64,000 bases of DNA from an uncultured Chloroflexia bacterium (GCA_963719465.1 OY970386.1:1369471-1433470); one strand, 5' to 3'; positions 41,262 through 50,591 are shown, counted from the first letter of the stretch. The notes: a model not told the origin generated them from the sequence alone. Made by a program: numbers and translations.

Positions 41262-41298
41262 ACACATACTTTACGTGATATGGCGCAAGAGTGTCAAG
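41262..41298 (-). promoter_or_regulatory. str-operon promoter candidate: consensus -35 TTGACA (plus 41292-41297) - 18 nt - TAAAGT (-10, plus 41268-41273), ~170-nt leader to rpsL
   Basis: Hexamers read on the minus strand; the -35 lies inside the IS copy-2 target duplication. Confidence 0.4.
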
Positions 41299-42224
41299 CA
41301 GTGTAGGGTTTCAGGAGATGTGGTAATCCGGGCCTGAGGTAGACGCTCCTGAGCGTACACGAGCGGCGCGCTGTAGCCAAGAGCACTGTGCAGCCGTTTC
41401 TTGTTGTAGAAGCGCACATACGCCTGCAACCCCTTCTCCCACTCCAAGACCGTTCCCGCCAGAACGCCATCCCAGAACTCCTCTCGCATCGTCCTCTGCA
41501 CTCTCTCCACCTTGCCATTGAGATGAGGCGTCCTGGGTCTGATCCGGACGTGGCGAATGCCTCTTCGCCTCAGAAGGGCAGTGAGGTCGCCTGAGAATTC
41601 AGGGCCGTTATCAGTCTGGAGGCAGCGAATTGCGAACGGGATGGTCTCCAGGAGGCACGGCAGGGCTTTGCAGACAGCGGCGCAGGTGCGCCTGGAAAGA
41701 ACCGTTGCGGCAAGAACGCGGCTGCAATCGTCGACCAGGGTCAGTTGGTAGCGACCCTCCGGCAGATAGAGCAGGTCCATCTGAGCCCGATCACCGGGGG
41801 AAGCTTTGGCGTAGTGCAGCCAGAGACGCTTAGGTTTACGGGGACAGGCAAGGAGGGCGCCGGCGCGACGGAGAACTCTGTAGACACTGGAAACGCTGCA
41901 GGTAATCAGCCCGGCCTTTGTCAGATACGCGTGGAGCCTCTTTACTCCGAAGCCGAATTTACGATGGGCGCCGCGGATGATGTCTAGAACATGCCCTGAA
42001 AGGGCCGTAGGCGAGCGGTGAGGCCTGCGGGAGCGGTCTGATAGCGCTCTCCTGTCGTGGCGTCGCCAGGCCGCCCACCAGCGAGAGAAGGTCGAATGGG
42101 GCACCTCTCCCGCCTGGCAAAAGATGCGGGCGCTGAGCCTGGGATACTGCCGACGCGCCTCCTCGAACGCAGCGATGTAGGCGGCTCTTGTCTGGATGGG
42201 CCAGGGTGTGCGAGCTTTGTGCAT
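41271..42224 (-). CDS. IS481-family transposase, copy 2; a 1-nt difference near the 3' end lets the ORF read through the right IR into flanking DNA
   Basis: 317 aa, identical to copy 1 through ...ERLPQARI, then diverges. Copy 2 has GGATTACC where copy 1 has GGATCTACC. Confidence 0.85.
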   Translation of the reverse strand: MHKARTPWPIQTRAAYIAAFEEARRQYPRLSARIFCQAGEVPHSTFSRWWAAWRRHDRRALSDRSRRPHRSPTALSGHVLDIIRGAHRKFGFGVKRLHAYLTKAGLITCSVSSVYRVLRRAGALLACPRKPKRLWLHYAKASPGDRAQMDLLYLPEGRYQLTLVDDCSRVLAATVLSRRTCAAVCKALPCLLETIPFAIRCLQTDNGPEFSGDLTALLRRRGIRHVRIRPRTPHLNGKVERVQRTMREEFWDGVLAGTVLEWEKGLQAYVRFYNKKRLHSALGYSAPLVYAQERLPQARITTSPETLHCLTLLRHIT

Positions 42225-42327
42225 GTCGGGCCTCCTGTAGGTTATTGGGCTTCGTTTTCCGTTAGCCTACAGCCCAGGCCCGACGTTATTCACCTCCCTT
42301 CTGTCTCACATCTCCTGAAACCCTACA
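41302..42327 (-). mobile_element. IS481-family insertion sequence, copy 2 (1026 bp), inverted relative to copy 1
   Basis: Same 21-bp terminal IRs (41302-41322 and 42307-42327), flanked by a 16-bp direct repeat CAAGAGTGTCAAGCAG at 41286-41301 and 42328-42343. Confidence 0.9.
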
Positions 42328-42358
42328 CAAGAGTGTCAAGCAGATGGCGAAATGGCCG

Positions 42359-42808
42359 CTACATTCGGCCGAGGAGGTCGCGAACGACTTCGCTTACCTC
42401 TTTGCCGTCGGCGCGGCCGCGAAGCTGGGCGGTCAGCGGGCCCATGACCTTTCCCATGTCGCGCGGGCCCTGGGCGCCGACCTCGTCGATGATCTTTCGT
42501 GCTGCGGTTTCGATGTCTTCTCGCGACATCGCCGGCGGCAGGTAGGCCTGCAGGATCGCTGCTTCGGCCTCCTCTTTGTCGACGAGGTCCTGGCGGTTGC
42601 CGCGCCGGAACTCTTCGGCGCTCTCTTTGCGCTGCTTGACCTGCTTGGCGATCACCGCGAGGACGCCGCCGTCATCCAGCGGCTCGCCCTTCTCGATCTC
42701 GGCGTTGTGGACGACGGAGAGGAGAAGGCGGAGGGTGGTTTTGCGGGTTTCGTCGCCCGCCCGCAGGGCCTGCGTCAGGTCGGCGTTAATCTGGTCTTTG
42801 ATGGGCAT
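42359..42808 (-). CDS. GatB/YqeY domain-containing protein
   Basis: 149 aa with the YqeY family pattern (LRLLLSVVHNAEIEKG...). Confidence 0.75.
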   Translation of the reverse strand: MPIKDQINADLTQALRAGDETRKTTLRLLLSVVHNAEIEKGEPLDDGGVLAVIAKQVKQRKESAEEFRRGNRQDLVDKEEAEAAILQAYLPPAMSREDIETAARKIIDEVGAQGPRDMGKVMGPLTAQLRGRADGKEVSEVVRDLLGRM

Positions 42809-42850
42809 GGTGATGCTGCGCTCCGCTTTCTTGCTGCGATGTCGGACGGG

Positions 42851-43030
42851 CTAGCGCCGCTCGCTCTTGCGACGCTTGGCGGCGGCCTTCCGCTTTCGTC
42901 TGACGCTCGGCTTCTCGAAGCGCTCACGACGCTTTGCTTCGGAAAGGATGCCATACTGTTGCACCTTCCGCGTAAAGCGTCGCAGCGCCGCCTCGAAGCT
43001 CTCGTTTTCGCGGACGATTACTTCCGTCAA
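42851..43030 (-). CDS. rpsU: 30S ribosomal protein S21 (TTG start)
   Basis: Hand-translated 59 aa (L/M)[58 protein letters not shown]; below the ORF-track size cutoff. Confidence 0.75.
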   Translation of the reverse strand: MTEVIVRENESFEAALRRFTRKVQQYGILSEAKRRERFEKPSVRRKRKAAAKRRKSERR

Positions 43031-43140
43031 CTCGTGAACCCCATCGAGATGGGCTCATAACCTGATGGCTGCAGAATTATATTGAGGTGTGCATGTTCTG
43101 TCAACGAGCGCGACAGAGTGAGACGGGCCAGATTGGCGCT

Positions 43141-43866
43141 CTATTGTCGGGCGGGTTTCTTGGGGATCTTCTTGAAGCGCATGCGGGTCAGGCCGCGAAT
43201 ATCCTCCGTCGCCGTCTTGCGAATGTTGACGCGCGTGTCGGGGTCTTCCCGCCAGCGGACCGGTATCTCCTTTATCCGGTAGCCGCCTTTGTCGGCGAGG
43301 ATGAGGAGCTCGGTGTCGAAGAACCACTCTTCGTTCTTGATCAGCGGGACGAGCGTGCGGGCGGTCTCACGGCTGACGGCCTTGAAGCCGCACTGCGCGT
43401 CGACGAAGCTGGGCCAGAACGAGAGCTTAATCATGAGGTTGTAGACGCGCGAGGTGAACTCGCGGCGGGGCGAGCGCGTGGTCTGGGCGCCCTTCTTCAG
43501 ACGGGAGCCGATGGCAACGTCGTAACCCTCGTCGGCGATGGCGGCGACGAGCGCGGGGAAGAAGGCGATGTCGGTGGAGAGGTCAACGTCCATGTAGGTG
43601 AGGACGTCGGCTTCGCTGCCCAGCCAGGTCGCCCGCAGCGCGCGGCCGCGTCCCTTCTGCGGGATGTGGAAGGGGACGACGTCGACGTGCTCCTCCGCCA
43701 GCTTCTGGGCGACGGCGAGCGTCCCGTCGGTGGAGGCGTTGTCGGCGATGACGATGCGCCAGATGTGCGGCAGGTTGTCGCGCAGGAAATCGCGCAGCGT
43801 CGCGACGCTCTGCGCGAGCACGTGCTCTTCGTTGTAGACGGGTATCACGACATCGACGTTCGCCAT
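43141..43866 (-). CDS. family 2 glycosyltransferase (polyprenyl-phosphate sugar transferase-like)
   Basis: 241 aa with GT2 motifs (VIPVYNEE, DADL-type). Confidence 0.8.
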   Translation of the reverse strand: MANVDVVIPVYNEEHVLAQSVATLRDFLRDNLPHIWRIVIADNASTDGTLAVAQKLAEEHVDVVPFHIPQKGRGRALRATWLGSEADVLTYMDVDLSTDIAFFPALVAAIADEGYDVAIGSRLKKGAQTTRSPRREFTSRVYNLMIKLSFWPSFVDAQCGFKAVSRETARTLVPLIKNEEWFFDTELLILADKGGYRIKEIPVRWREDPDTRVNIRKTATEDIRGLTRMRFKKIPKKPARQ

Positions 43867-43884
43867 GGCCTACTCCTCCTGCGT

Positions 43885-44980
43885 TTATGCGCCAAGAGTA
43901 TCCTTCAGCAGGCGGGCCAGCCGCAAGGGGTCGCCGGCGATGACGCTTGCCGCGTAGAGCTCCATTGCGCCGAAATCGCTGGTGCGGTCCATGAGGTCGC
44001 CGCGGTCGACGATATGAGCGATGGCCGGGAAGCAGCGCCAGTCCTCGTCGGCGGGCGCGATGGGCGGCAGGTAGAGCGCCAGGTTGAACGAGACGACGCC
44101 GAGTCGGTCGCGCAGGCAGGCCAGCACCTCGTAGGCGCGGTCCTTCAGCGAGGCATCGAGCGCCGGCGCGATGAGCAACACCTCGTTCTCTTTGAGCGGC
44201 GCCAGGTTAGCGATGACCCGCACGCCTTGCTTCTCGAAGGCGCAGCCGACGGCGGCGTGGGCGTGGAACAGGTCGTCGAAGTAGTCGCTGTTATTGCGGG
44301 AGCGATAGACGAGGGCGGCGCGGCGAAGTGATTCGACGGCGGGGTAGTGCGCCTCGCGCCCGAGCAGCACCTGGGCGTGGCCGTGAACGAGCGAGGAGCC
44401 GGCCCGCCAGAGGCAGTTCCACACGAAGAGGAAGTACCTGGCGCTCGCGTCGACCTTGTGGGCGGCGCGGGCCCAGCGAAGGCCGGTGTCGACGTAATCG
44501 TGCAGCATCTCGCGGTTGAAGCGCAGTGGGTCGCGCTCCTTGAAGATGACGAGCGAGTGGAAGCCGTCGAACTTGGCGACGTTGGCGCCGGTGACGCAGT
44601 GCTTGCCGTCGATCCGGCCGAACGTCGGCGGGGGTGCTTTCCAGCGCGTCGGCGAGGGGGTCGGAGTCGCGGTCCGTGTCGAGAGATGACTGGAGGTCTG
44701 CCCGGCCGGCCGGCGAGTGGGGGCGGCGCGAGCGCAGCGGGTTGAAGAGGGCGCCGCGACCGGTGACGACGTTGGTTACGCGGATGATTCGCTGGGCAAG
44801 GGTCGGTTCGACGGCGCCGAACTGCTTCTCGATCCAGGGACGCATGGAGTCGGGCGGGACGATGCGCCCTTCGACGGCGTCGACGCGGAGGATGCGGCGA
44901 AAAACGGCGCGTTCGGTCGCTGGAAGCGCCTCGACAAGGTCAGGCAGGTTGGCGATGCCGGGAACGCCGTCGTCAGCCAT
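43885..44980 (-). CDS. GalT-like HIT-superfamily nucleotidyltransferase/phosphorylase (galactose-1-P uridylyltransferase family), with an apparent +1 frameshift at the G5 run 44630-44634
   Basis: The N-terminal ~110 aa read in the frame of track ORF 44291-44980. The C-terminus with the HxHxQ-like motif (FVWNCLWRAGSSLVHGHAQVL) reads in the frame of ORF 43885-44508. Removing one C from minus-strand CCCCC rejoins them as ...DALESTPPTFGRIDGKHCVTGANV... Confidence 0.7.
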
Positions 44981-44995
44981 CTTCGGTTGCGAGCT

Positions 44996-46537
44996 CTAGT
45001 GCCGGAAGTGGCGCTGGCCGGTAAAGACCATCGCCATGCCGTGCGCGTCAGCGGCGGCTATAGACTCCTGGTCCCGAATGGAGCCGCCGGGCTGGATAAC
45101 CGCCTTTATTCCCGCCTCCGCCGCCGTCTCGATGCCATCCGGGAACGGGAAGAAGGCGTCGGAGGCCATGACTGCGCCCTTCGCCCGTTCCCCTGCCGCG
45201 CGGGCCGCCAGCATGACGCTGGTAACGCGGTTCGGCTGGCCGGCGCCCATGCCCAGTAACGTCGCGTCCTTCACGAAGACGATGGCGTTCGACTTGATGT
45301 GCTTGACGGCGCGGTTGGCGAACAGGAGGTCGCGCTTTTCGGCTTCGGTGGGCGAGCGCTTGGTCACGACCTTGAGCTCGATGCGGTTGTCGGGTATGTT
45401 GTCGCGCTCCTGAACGAGCAGGCCGCCGACAACGCGACGGTAATCGAGGCCGGCCAGCGAGGGCGGCGCGGCGCGAAGGATGCGCAGGTCGCGCTTCTTG
45501 CGCAGCAGGGCAAGCGCCTCCTCCTCGAAGTCGGTCGCGATGATGATCTCGTAGAACGTTCTGCCGATCTCCTGGGCGATGGCAAGGGTGAAGGGCCGGT
45601 TGACGGCGACGATGCCTCCGTAGGCGGAGACGGGGTCGCCGGCGAAGGCGCGACGGTAGGCCTCGGCGAGGTCCTTGTGGCTGGCAAGGCCGCAGGGATT
45701 CGTGTGCTTGATGATGGCGACGGTCGGGCCGGGGAAGTCGCAGGCGGCGTTCCAGGCGGCGTCGGCGTCCATGACGTTGTTGTAGGAAAGCTCTTTGCCG
45801 TGGAGCTGCTCCGCGGAAACGACTCCGCCCGGCCGCGGCTCGATGACGCTTTCTTCCTGGTAGAAGGCGGCGCGCTGATGCGGGTTCTCGCCGTAGCGCG
45901 TGTCGAACAGCTTGCTCAGGGCGATGGTGAACGACTCCGGCAGGATGTCCCGCGGATCACGGAGGTACTGGGAGATGGCGGTGTCGTAGGAGGCAACGTG
46001 CTGGAACGCCTTCTGCGCCAGGCGGCGGCGTTCCTTGAGGGGAACCTCGCCTTCGCGCAGCATCTCCAGCAGCGGCTCGTAGTCTTGGGGATCGACGAGG
46101 ACGACGACGTTGGGGAAGTTCTTCGCGGCCGCGCGCATCATCGTCGGACCGCCGATGTCGATGTTCTCCAGCGCGTCCTCCAGGGAAACGCCGGCTTTGC
46201 TGACCGTCTCCACGAACGGGTAGAGGTTGACAACGACGAGGTCGATGGGGCTGATTCCGTGCCGCTCCAGCTCCTCGCGATGGGCCGGCAGCTCGCGGCG
46301 GGCGAGGATGCCAGCGTGGACGGCGGGATGGAGGGTCTTGACGCGGCCGTCGAGGATCTCCGGGAAGCCGGTGAGATCGGAGATGGACTTAGCGGCGACC
46401 CTTGCGTTGGTGAGCGCGCGATGGGTGCCGCCGGTGGAGTAAAGCTCGACGCCGAGGGCCGTGAGGCCGCGCGCGAACTCGACGAGGCCGGCTTTGTCGT
46501 GGACGCTGATGATTCCCTTCATCAGTTTCTCTGCCAA
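44996..46537 (-). CDS. purH: bifunctional AICAR transformylase/IMP cyclohydrolase
   Basis: 513 aa, canonical PurH. Confidence 0.95.
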   Translation of the reverse strand: MAEKLMKGIISVHDKAGLVEFARGLTALGVELYSTGGTHRALTNARVAAKSISDLTGFPEILDGRVKTLHPAVHAGILARRELPAHREELERHGISPIDLVVVNLYPFVETVSKAGVSLEDALENIDIGGPTMMRAAAKNFPNVVVLVDPQDYEPLLEMLREGEVPLKERRRLAQKAFQHVASYDTAISQYLRDPRDILPESFTIALSKLFDTRYGENPHQRAAFYQEESVIEPRPGGVVSAEQLHGKELSYNNVMDADAAWNAACDFPGPTVAIIKHTNPCGLASHKDLAEAYRRAFAGDPVSAYGGIVAVNRPFTLAIAQEIGRTFYEIIIATDFEEEALALLRKKRDLRILRAAPPSLAGLDYRRVVGGLLVQERDNIPDNRIELKVVTKRSPTEAEKRDLLFANRAVKHIKSNAIVFVKDATLLGMGAGQPNRVTSVMLAARAAGERAKGAVMASDAFFPFPDGIETAAEAGIKAVIQPGGSIRDQESIAAADAHGMAMVFTGQRHFRH

Positions 46538-46544
46538 TCTAGGT

Positions 46545-47591
46545 CTAGGTCAGGATGACGCGACCGTTCACCTGCGCAACGATCTGGCCGACGGGCAACG
46601 CCTCCGGCACGAGCGACCGCACCTTCTCGACGTCGCCCCGCGCGCAGACCAGCACCATGCCGAGGCCCATGTTGAAGACGTGGAACATCTCGTCGTCGCT
46701 CACGTTACCTTCTCGCTGGATGAGGGTAAAGATGGGCGGGACCTTCCAGGTCGACCGCTCGAAGCGGGCGGCGAGGCCTCCCGGCAGGACGCGCGGCACG
46801 TTGTCGACGAGGCCGCCGCCGGTTATGTGGGCGATGCCCTTCAGATCCGCGAGCGCCGGCTTCACGTCTCGATAATAGCAGCGATGCGGCGCCAGCAGCG
46901 CCTCGCCGAGGGTGACGCCAAGCTCGGGATAGGTGCGATAGAGCGCCGCCTTCTCCGCTTCCGGGTCGCCGCCGAGGCCCACGTTGAACATGCGCCTGGC
47001 GAGCGAGTAGCCGTTGGTGTGGAGGCCGTTCGAAGGGAGGCCGAGCAATGCGTCGCCCTCGCGGATGGACGAGCCGTCGAGTATTGCGTCGCGCTCCACG
47101 ACGCCGACGATAAAGCCGGCGAGGTCGAAGGCGCGCGGGAGGTAGACGTCCGGCATGTCCGCCGTCTCGCCGCCGGTGAGCGCGCAGCCGACGTCCCGGC
47201 AGGCGGAGGCCATGCCTCGCACGATCGCCACTTTGGCGTCTTCATGAAGGTTGGCGCTGGCGATGTAGTCGAGGAAGAAGAGCGGCTCGGCGCCGGTGGT
47301 GAGGATGTCGTTGACGGAGTGGTTGACGAGGTCGATGCCGACGGTATCGAAGCGACCCATGGCGACGGCGAGGTTCAGCTTGGTGCCGACGCCGTCGGCG
47401 CTGGCGACGAGCACGGGCTCGCGATAGCCGGCGAGGCGAAAGAGTGAGGCGAACGGGCCGACGCCGGCGAGCACCTCCGGCCGGCGCGTCGAGGCGACGA
47501 TCTCCTTGATGCGCGCCGCAAGCCGGCTCCCGGCATCGATGTCTACGCCGGCGGCGATGTACGTTTGGCGACTGTCGTTGGCTGCGCTCAC
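46545..47591 (-). CDS. purM: phosphoribosylformylglycinamidine cyclo-ligase (AIR synthetase)
   Basis: 348 aa, canonical PurM. Confidence 0.95.
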   Translation of the reverse strand: MSAANDSRQTYIAAGVDIDAGSRLAARIKEIVASTRRPEVLAGVGPFASLFRLAGYREPVLVASADGVGTKLNLAVAMGRFDTVGIDLVNHSVNDILTTGAEPLFFLDYIASANLHEDAKVAIVRGMASACRDVGCALTGGETADMPDVYLPRAFDLAGFIVGVVERDAILDGSSIREGDALLGLPSNGLHTNGYSLARRMFNVGLGGDPEAEKAALYRTYPELGVTLGEALLAPHRCYYRDVKPALADLKGIAHITGGGLVDNVPRVLPGGLAARFERSTWKVPPIFTLIQREGNVSDDEMFHVFNMGLGMVLVCARGDVEKVRSLVPEALPVGQIVAQVNGRVILT

Positions 47592-47641
47592 GGGGTCCTT
47601 CGGAGCTGGGCAACTGGCCTTCGGCGGAACAGGCCCGAACG

Positions 47642-49099
47642 TCAGCTAGAGAACGGGATGGGCGCGCTCTCCACCCACTCGAAGTCGTGGCGGTCGCGAG
47701 CGGAGGGCGGCGCTTCCAGGGCGAGCTTGTCCATCTGCAGCGGCACCGGCAGCGGGTAGTCGCCGCTGAAGCAGGCCAGGCAGAACGTATCCTGCGGCAA
47801 CCCGATCGATTCCACGAGACCCTCGAGGCTGAGATAGCCGAGGCTGTCGGCGTCGATGTGCTCGCGAATCTCCGGCACGGTCTTCTGAGCGGCGATGAGC
47901 TCCCAGCGGGCCGCCATGTCGACGCCGAGGAAGCAGGGGTAGGTGATGGGCGGCGCGGTGATGCGCATGTGCACCTCGCGGGCACCGGCCCGGCGTATCA
48001 TGTCGACCACGCGCGGGGTCGTCGTGCCACGGACGATGCTGTCATCGACGACGACGACGCGCTTTCCGCCGAGGATCTCCGGCAGCGGGTTGAACTTGAG
48101 CTGCACGCCGACCTCGCGGATGCGCTGGTCGGGCATAATGAACGTCCGGCCGACGTAGCGGTTCTTGACAAGCCCTTCGACGAAGGGGATGCCCGACGCC
48201 TGCGAGTAGCCGATGGCGGCGGCGATGGCGGAGTCCGGCACGCCCATCACAACGTCGGCATCGACCGGGTATTCGCGCGCCAGGCGGGCGCCCATCGCCA
48301 TGCGGACCGGGTAGAGCAGTTTGCCACGGATGACACTGTCCGGGCGGGCGAAGTAGATGTACTCGAAGACGCAGAAGGCGCAGCGATTGCTCTCCAGCGG
48401 GCGGAAGCTGCGGACGCCGCGGCTGCCTATCTGGACGACCTCGCCGGGTTCGACTTCGCGGAGGAAGGTTGCGCCGAGGTGGTCGAAGGCGCAGCTTTCG
48501 GAGGCGACGACCCAGCCGCCGTTCAGCCGCCCCAGGCAAAGCGGCCGCACGCCCAGCGGGTCCCGCACGGCGAAGAGCGTGTCGGGCGTGAGGACGACGA
48601 GGCAGTAGGCGCCCTGGACGCGTCGCATCATGTGGGCGAAGCGCTGCGGCCAGGAGTCGCCGGGAGCGAAGGCGAGGATGCGGGCCATGACCTCAGAGTC
48701 GGTGGCGGTGCGGAACTCGTGGCCTTCCTGCTCGAGGTCGACGCGGAGCATCTCGGCGTTGACCAGGTTGCCGTTGTGGCCGAGAGCTATTTCGCCGTTG
48801 GGACCGGCGACACGGAATGGCTGGGCGTTCTTGTACTGGCTGGAGCCGGTAGTGGAGTAGCGGTTGTGGCCGATGGCCATGTTGCCGCGGAGGTGAGCGA
48901 GATCCTCTTCGTCGAAGACCTGGGAGACGAGGCCCATGCCGACGCGGCTGTGGAGCTCATGGCCGTCGGCTGTGGCAATCCCCGCGCTCTCCTGGCCTCG
49001 GTGTTGGAGCGCGTACAGGCCGTAGAAGGCCAGTCTTGCGGCATCTTCACCACTAGCGCTGACCCCGAAGACGCCGCAGTATTCGCGGGGACTGGACAC
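47642..49099 (-). CDS. purF: amidophosphoribosyltransferase
   Basis: 485 aa; N-terminal nucleophile Cys in CGVFGV, PRTase motif, C-terminal Cys cluster. Confidence 0.95.
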   Translation of the reverse strand: MSSPREYCGVFGVSASGEDAARLAFYGLYALQHRGQESAGIATADGHELHSRVGMGLVSQVFDEEDLAHLRGNMAIGHNRYSTTGSSQYKNAQPFRVAGPNGEIALGHNGNLVNAEMLRVDLEQEGHEFRTATDSEVMARILAFAPGDSWPQRFAHMMRRVQGAYCLVVLTPDTLFAVRDPLGVRPLCLGRLNGGWVVASESCAFDHLGATFLREVEPGEVVQIGSRGVRSFRPLESNRCAFCVFEYIYFARPDSVIRGKLLYPVRMAMGARLAREYPVDADVVMGVPDSAIAAAIGYSQASGIPFVEGLVKNRYVGRTFIMPDQRIREVGVQLKFNPLPEILGGKRVVVVDDSIVRGTTTPRVVDMIRRAGAREVHMRITAPPITYPCFLGVDMAARWELIAAQKTVPEIREHIDADSLGYLSLEGLVESIGLPQDTFCLACFSGDYPLPVPLQMDKLALEAPPSARDRHDFEWVESAPIPFSS

Positions 49100-49301
49100 G
49101 CATACCTCCTGCCGTTGGACGCGGTTGTCCGCCTCAGTTAGGTCCCCGTGAAGCCGACAACAGAATGATAGTACACTGGGAACGCGAACGCAAGCTCGCG
49201 GGATTGCCCACTTTCGCTTGGGATGACGCTCCTGTTATACTCGCTGCGGCTCGGAACCCTGAGCGGAAGGAGGTATGCCCCGATCACGTCGGGGTAAATT
49301 C

Positions 49302-50591
49302 ATGCCGGTAATAGTAGTCATCGGCGGCCAGTGGGGCGACGAAGGCAAGGGCAGGACTATCGACCTGCTGGCGCAGAACGCGAGCATCGTCGCCCGCTAT
49401 TCGGCCGGGAACAACGCCGGGCACACCGTGGTCAACGACAAGGGCAAGTTCAGCCTGCACATCGTGCCAGCGGGCATCTTCTACGGCGACAAGACCTGCA
49501 TCATCGGCAACGGCGTCGTCGTCGACCCAGCGGTGCTGCTGGAGGAGATCGAAGGGTTGCAGGCGAAGGGGGTCGGCGTCAAGAACCTGTACGTGAGCGA
49601 CCGCTGCCACATCGTCATGCCCTACCACATTCTCATCGATAAGGCGGACGAGGAGCTGCGCGGGCCGGCGGCCATCGGCACCACCTTCCGCGGCGTAGGG
49701 CCGGCGTTCGTCGACAAGGTGGGACGCATCGGCGTGCGGATGGTCGACCTCATCGACGCCGACACCTTCCGCGAGCGGCTTTCGCTGGTGCTGCCGTACA
49801 AGAACGCCGTCCTGCAGAAGCTGTACGGCCTCCAGCCGCTGACCTTTGACGAGGTATACGAGCCGTACTGCGGCTTCGGCCGGCGGCTGGCGCCGTTCGT
49901 GGCGGACACGGCCGACATGGTGCAGGAGGCGCTGGCACGCGGCGAGTCGATCCTTCTGGAGGGCGCGCAGGGCTCGCTGCTGGACCTGGACTCGGGGACG
50001 TACGAGTACGTGACGTCGTCGGTGCCATCGTCCACGGCGGCGGGGGCGGGGCTGGGCATCGGGCTGGGGCCGACGCAGATAACGCGGGTGGTCGCGGTGT
50101 ACAAGGCGTACCAGACGCGCGTCGGGAACGGGCCGATGCCGACGGAGCTGAAGGGCGAGCTCGGCGACGAGCTGCGGGAGAAGGGGCAGGAGTACGGCGC
50201 AACCACCGGCCGGCCACGTCGCTGCGGCTGGTTCGACGCGGTGGCGGCGCGCTACACGGCGCGGCTGAACGGGCTATCCGGCGCGGTGATCACTCGCCTA
50301 GACGTGCTGGACACGTTCGCCAGTGTGAAGGTGTGCACGGCGTACCAGGCCGACGGGGTGCCGGTGGACCGCTTCCCGGCAAGCCTGGGCCGGCTGGCCT
50401 GCTGTGAGCCGATCTTCGAGGAGCTGCCGGGCTGGCAGGAGCCGACGACGCACGTCCGGCGCTTCGAGGACTTGCCGAGGCATGCGCGGGAGTACGTGAA
50501 GCGGCTGGAGCAGCTAATCGGGGTGCCGGTGGCGCTGGTGTCGGTGGGGCCGGAGCGGGACCAGGCGATCATCGTGAAGCCGATCCTATAG
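49302..50591 (+). CDS. purA: adenylosuccinate synthetase
   Basis: Canonical PurA from MPVIVVIGGQWGDEGKGR; the track ORF starts 9 codons earlier. Confidence 0.95.
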   Translation: MPVIVVIGGQWGDEGKGRTIDLLAQNASIVARYSAGNNAGHTVVNDKGKFSLHIVPAGIFYGDKTCIIGNGVVVDPAVLLEEIEGLQAKGVGVKNLYVSDRCHIVMPYHILIDKADEELRGPAAIGTTFRGVGPAFVDKVGRIGVRMVDLIDADTFRERLSLVLPYKNAVLQKLYGLQPLTFDEVYEPYCGFGRRLAPFVADTADMVQEALARGESILLEGAQGSLLDLDSGTYEYVTSSVPSSTAAGAGLGIGLGPTQITRVVAVYKAYQTRVGNGPMPTELKGELGDELREKGQEYGATTGRPRRCGWFDAVAARYTARLNGLSGAVITRLDVLDTFASVKVCTAYQADGVPVDRFPASLGRLACCEPIFEELPGWQEPTTHVRRFEDLPRHAREYVKRLEQLIGVPVALVSVGPERDQAIIVKPIL

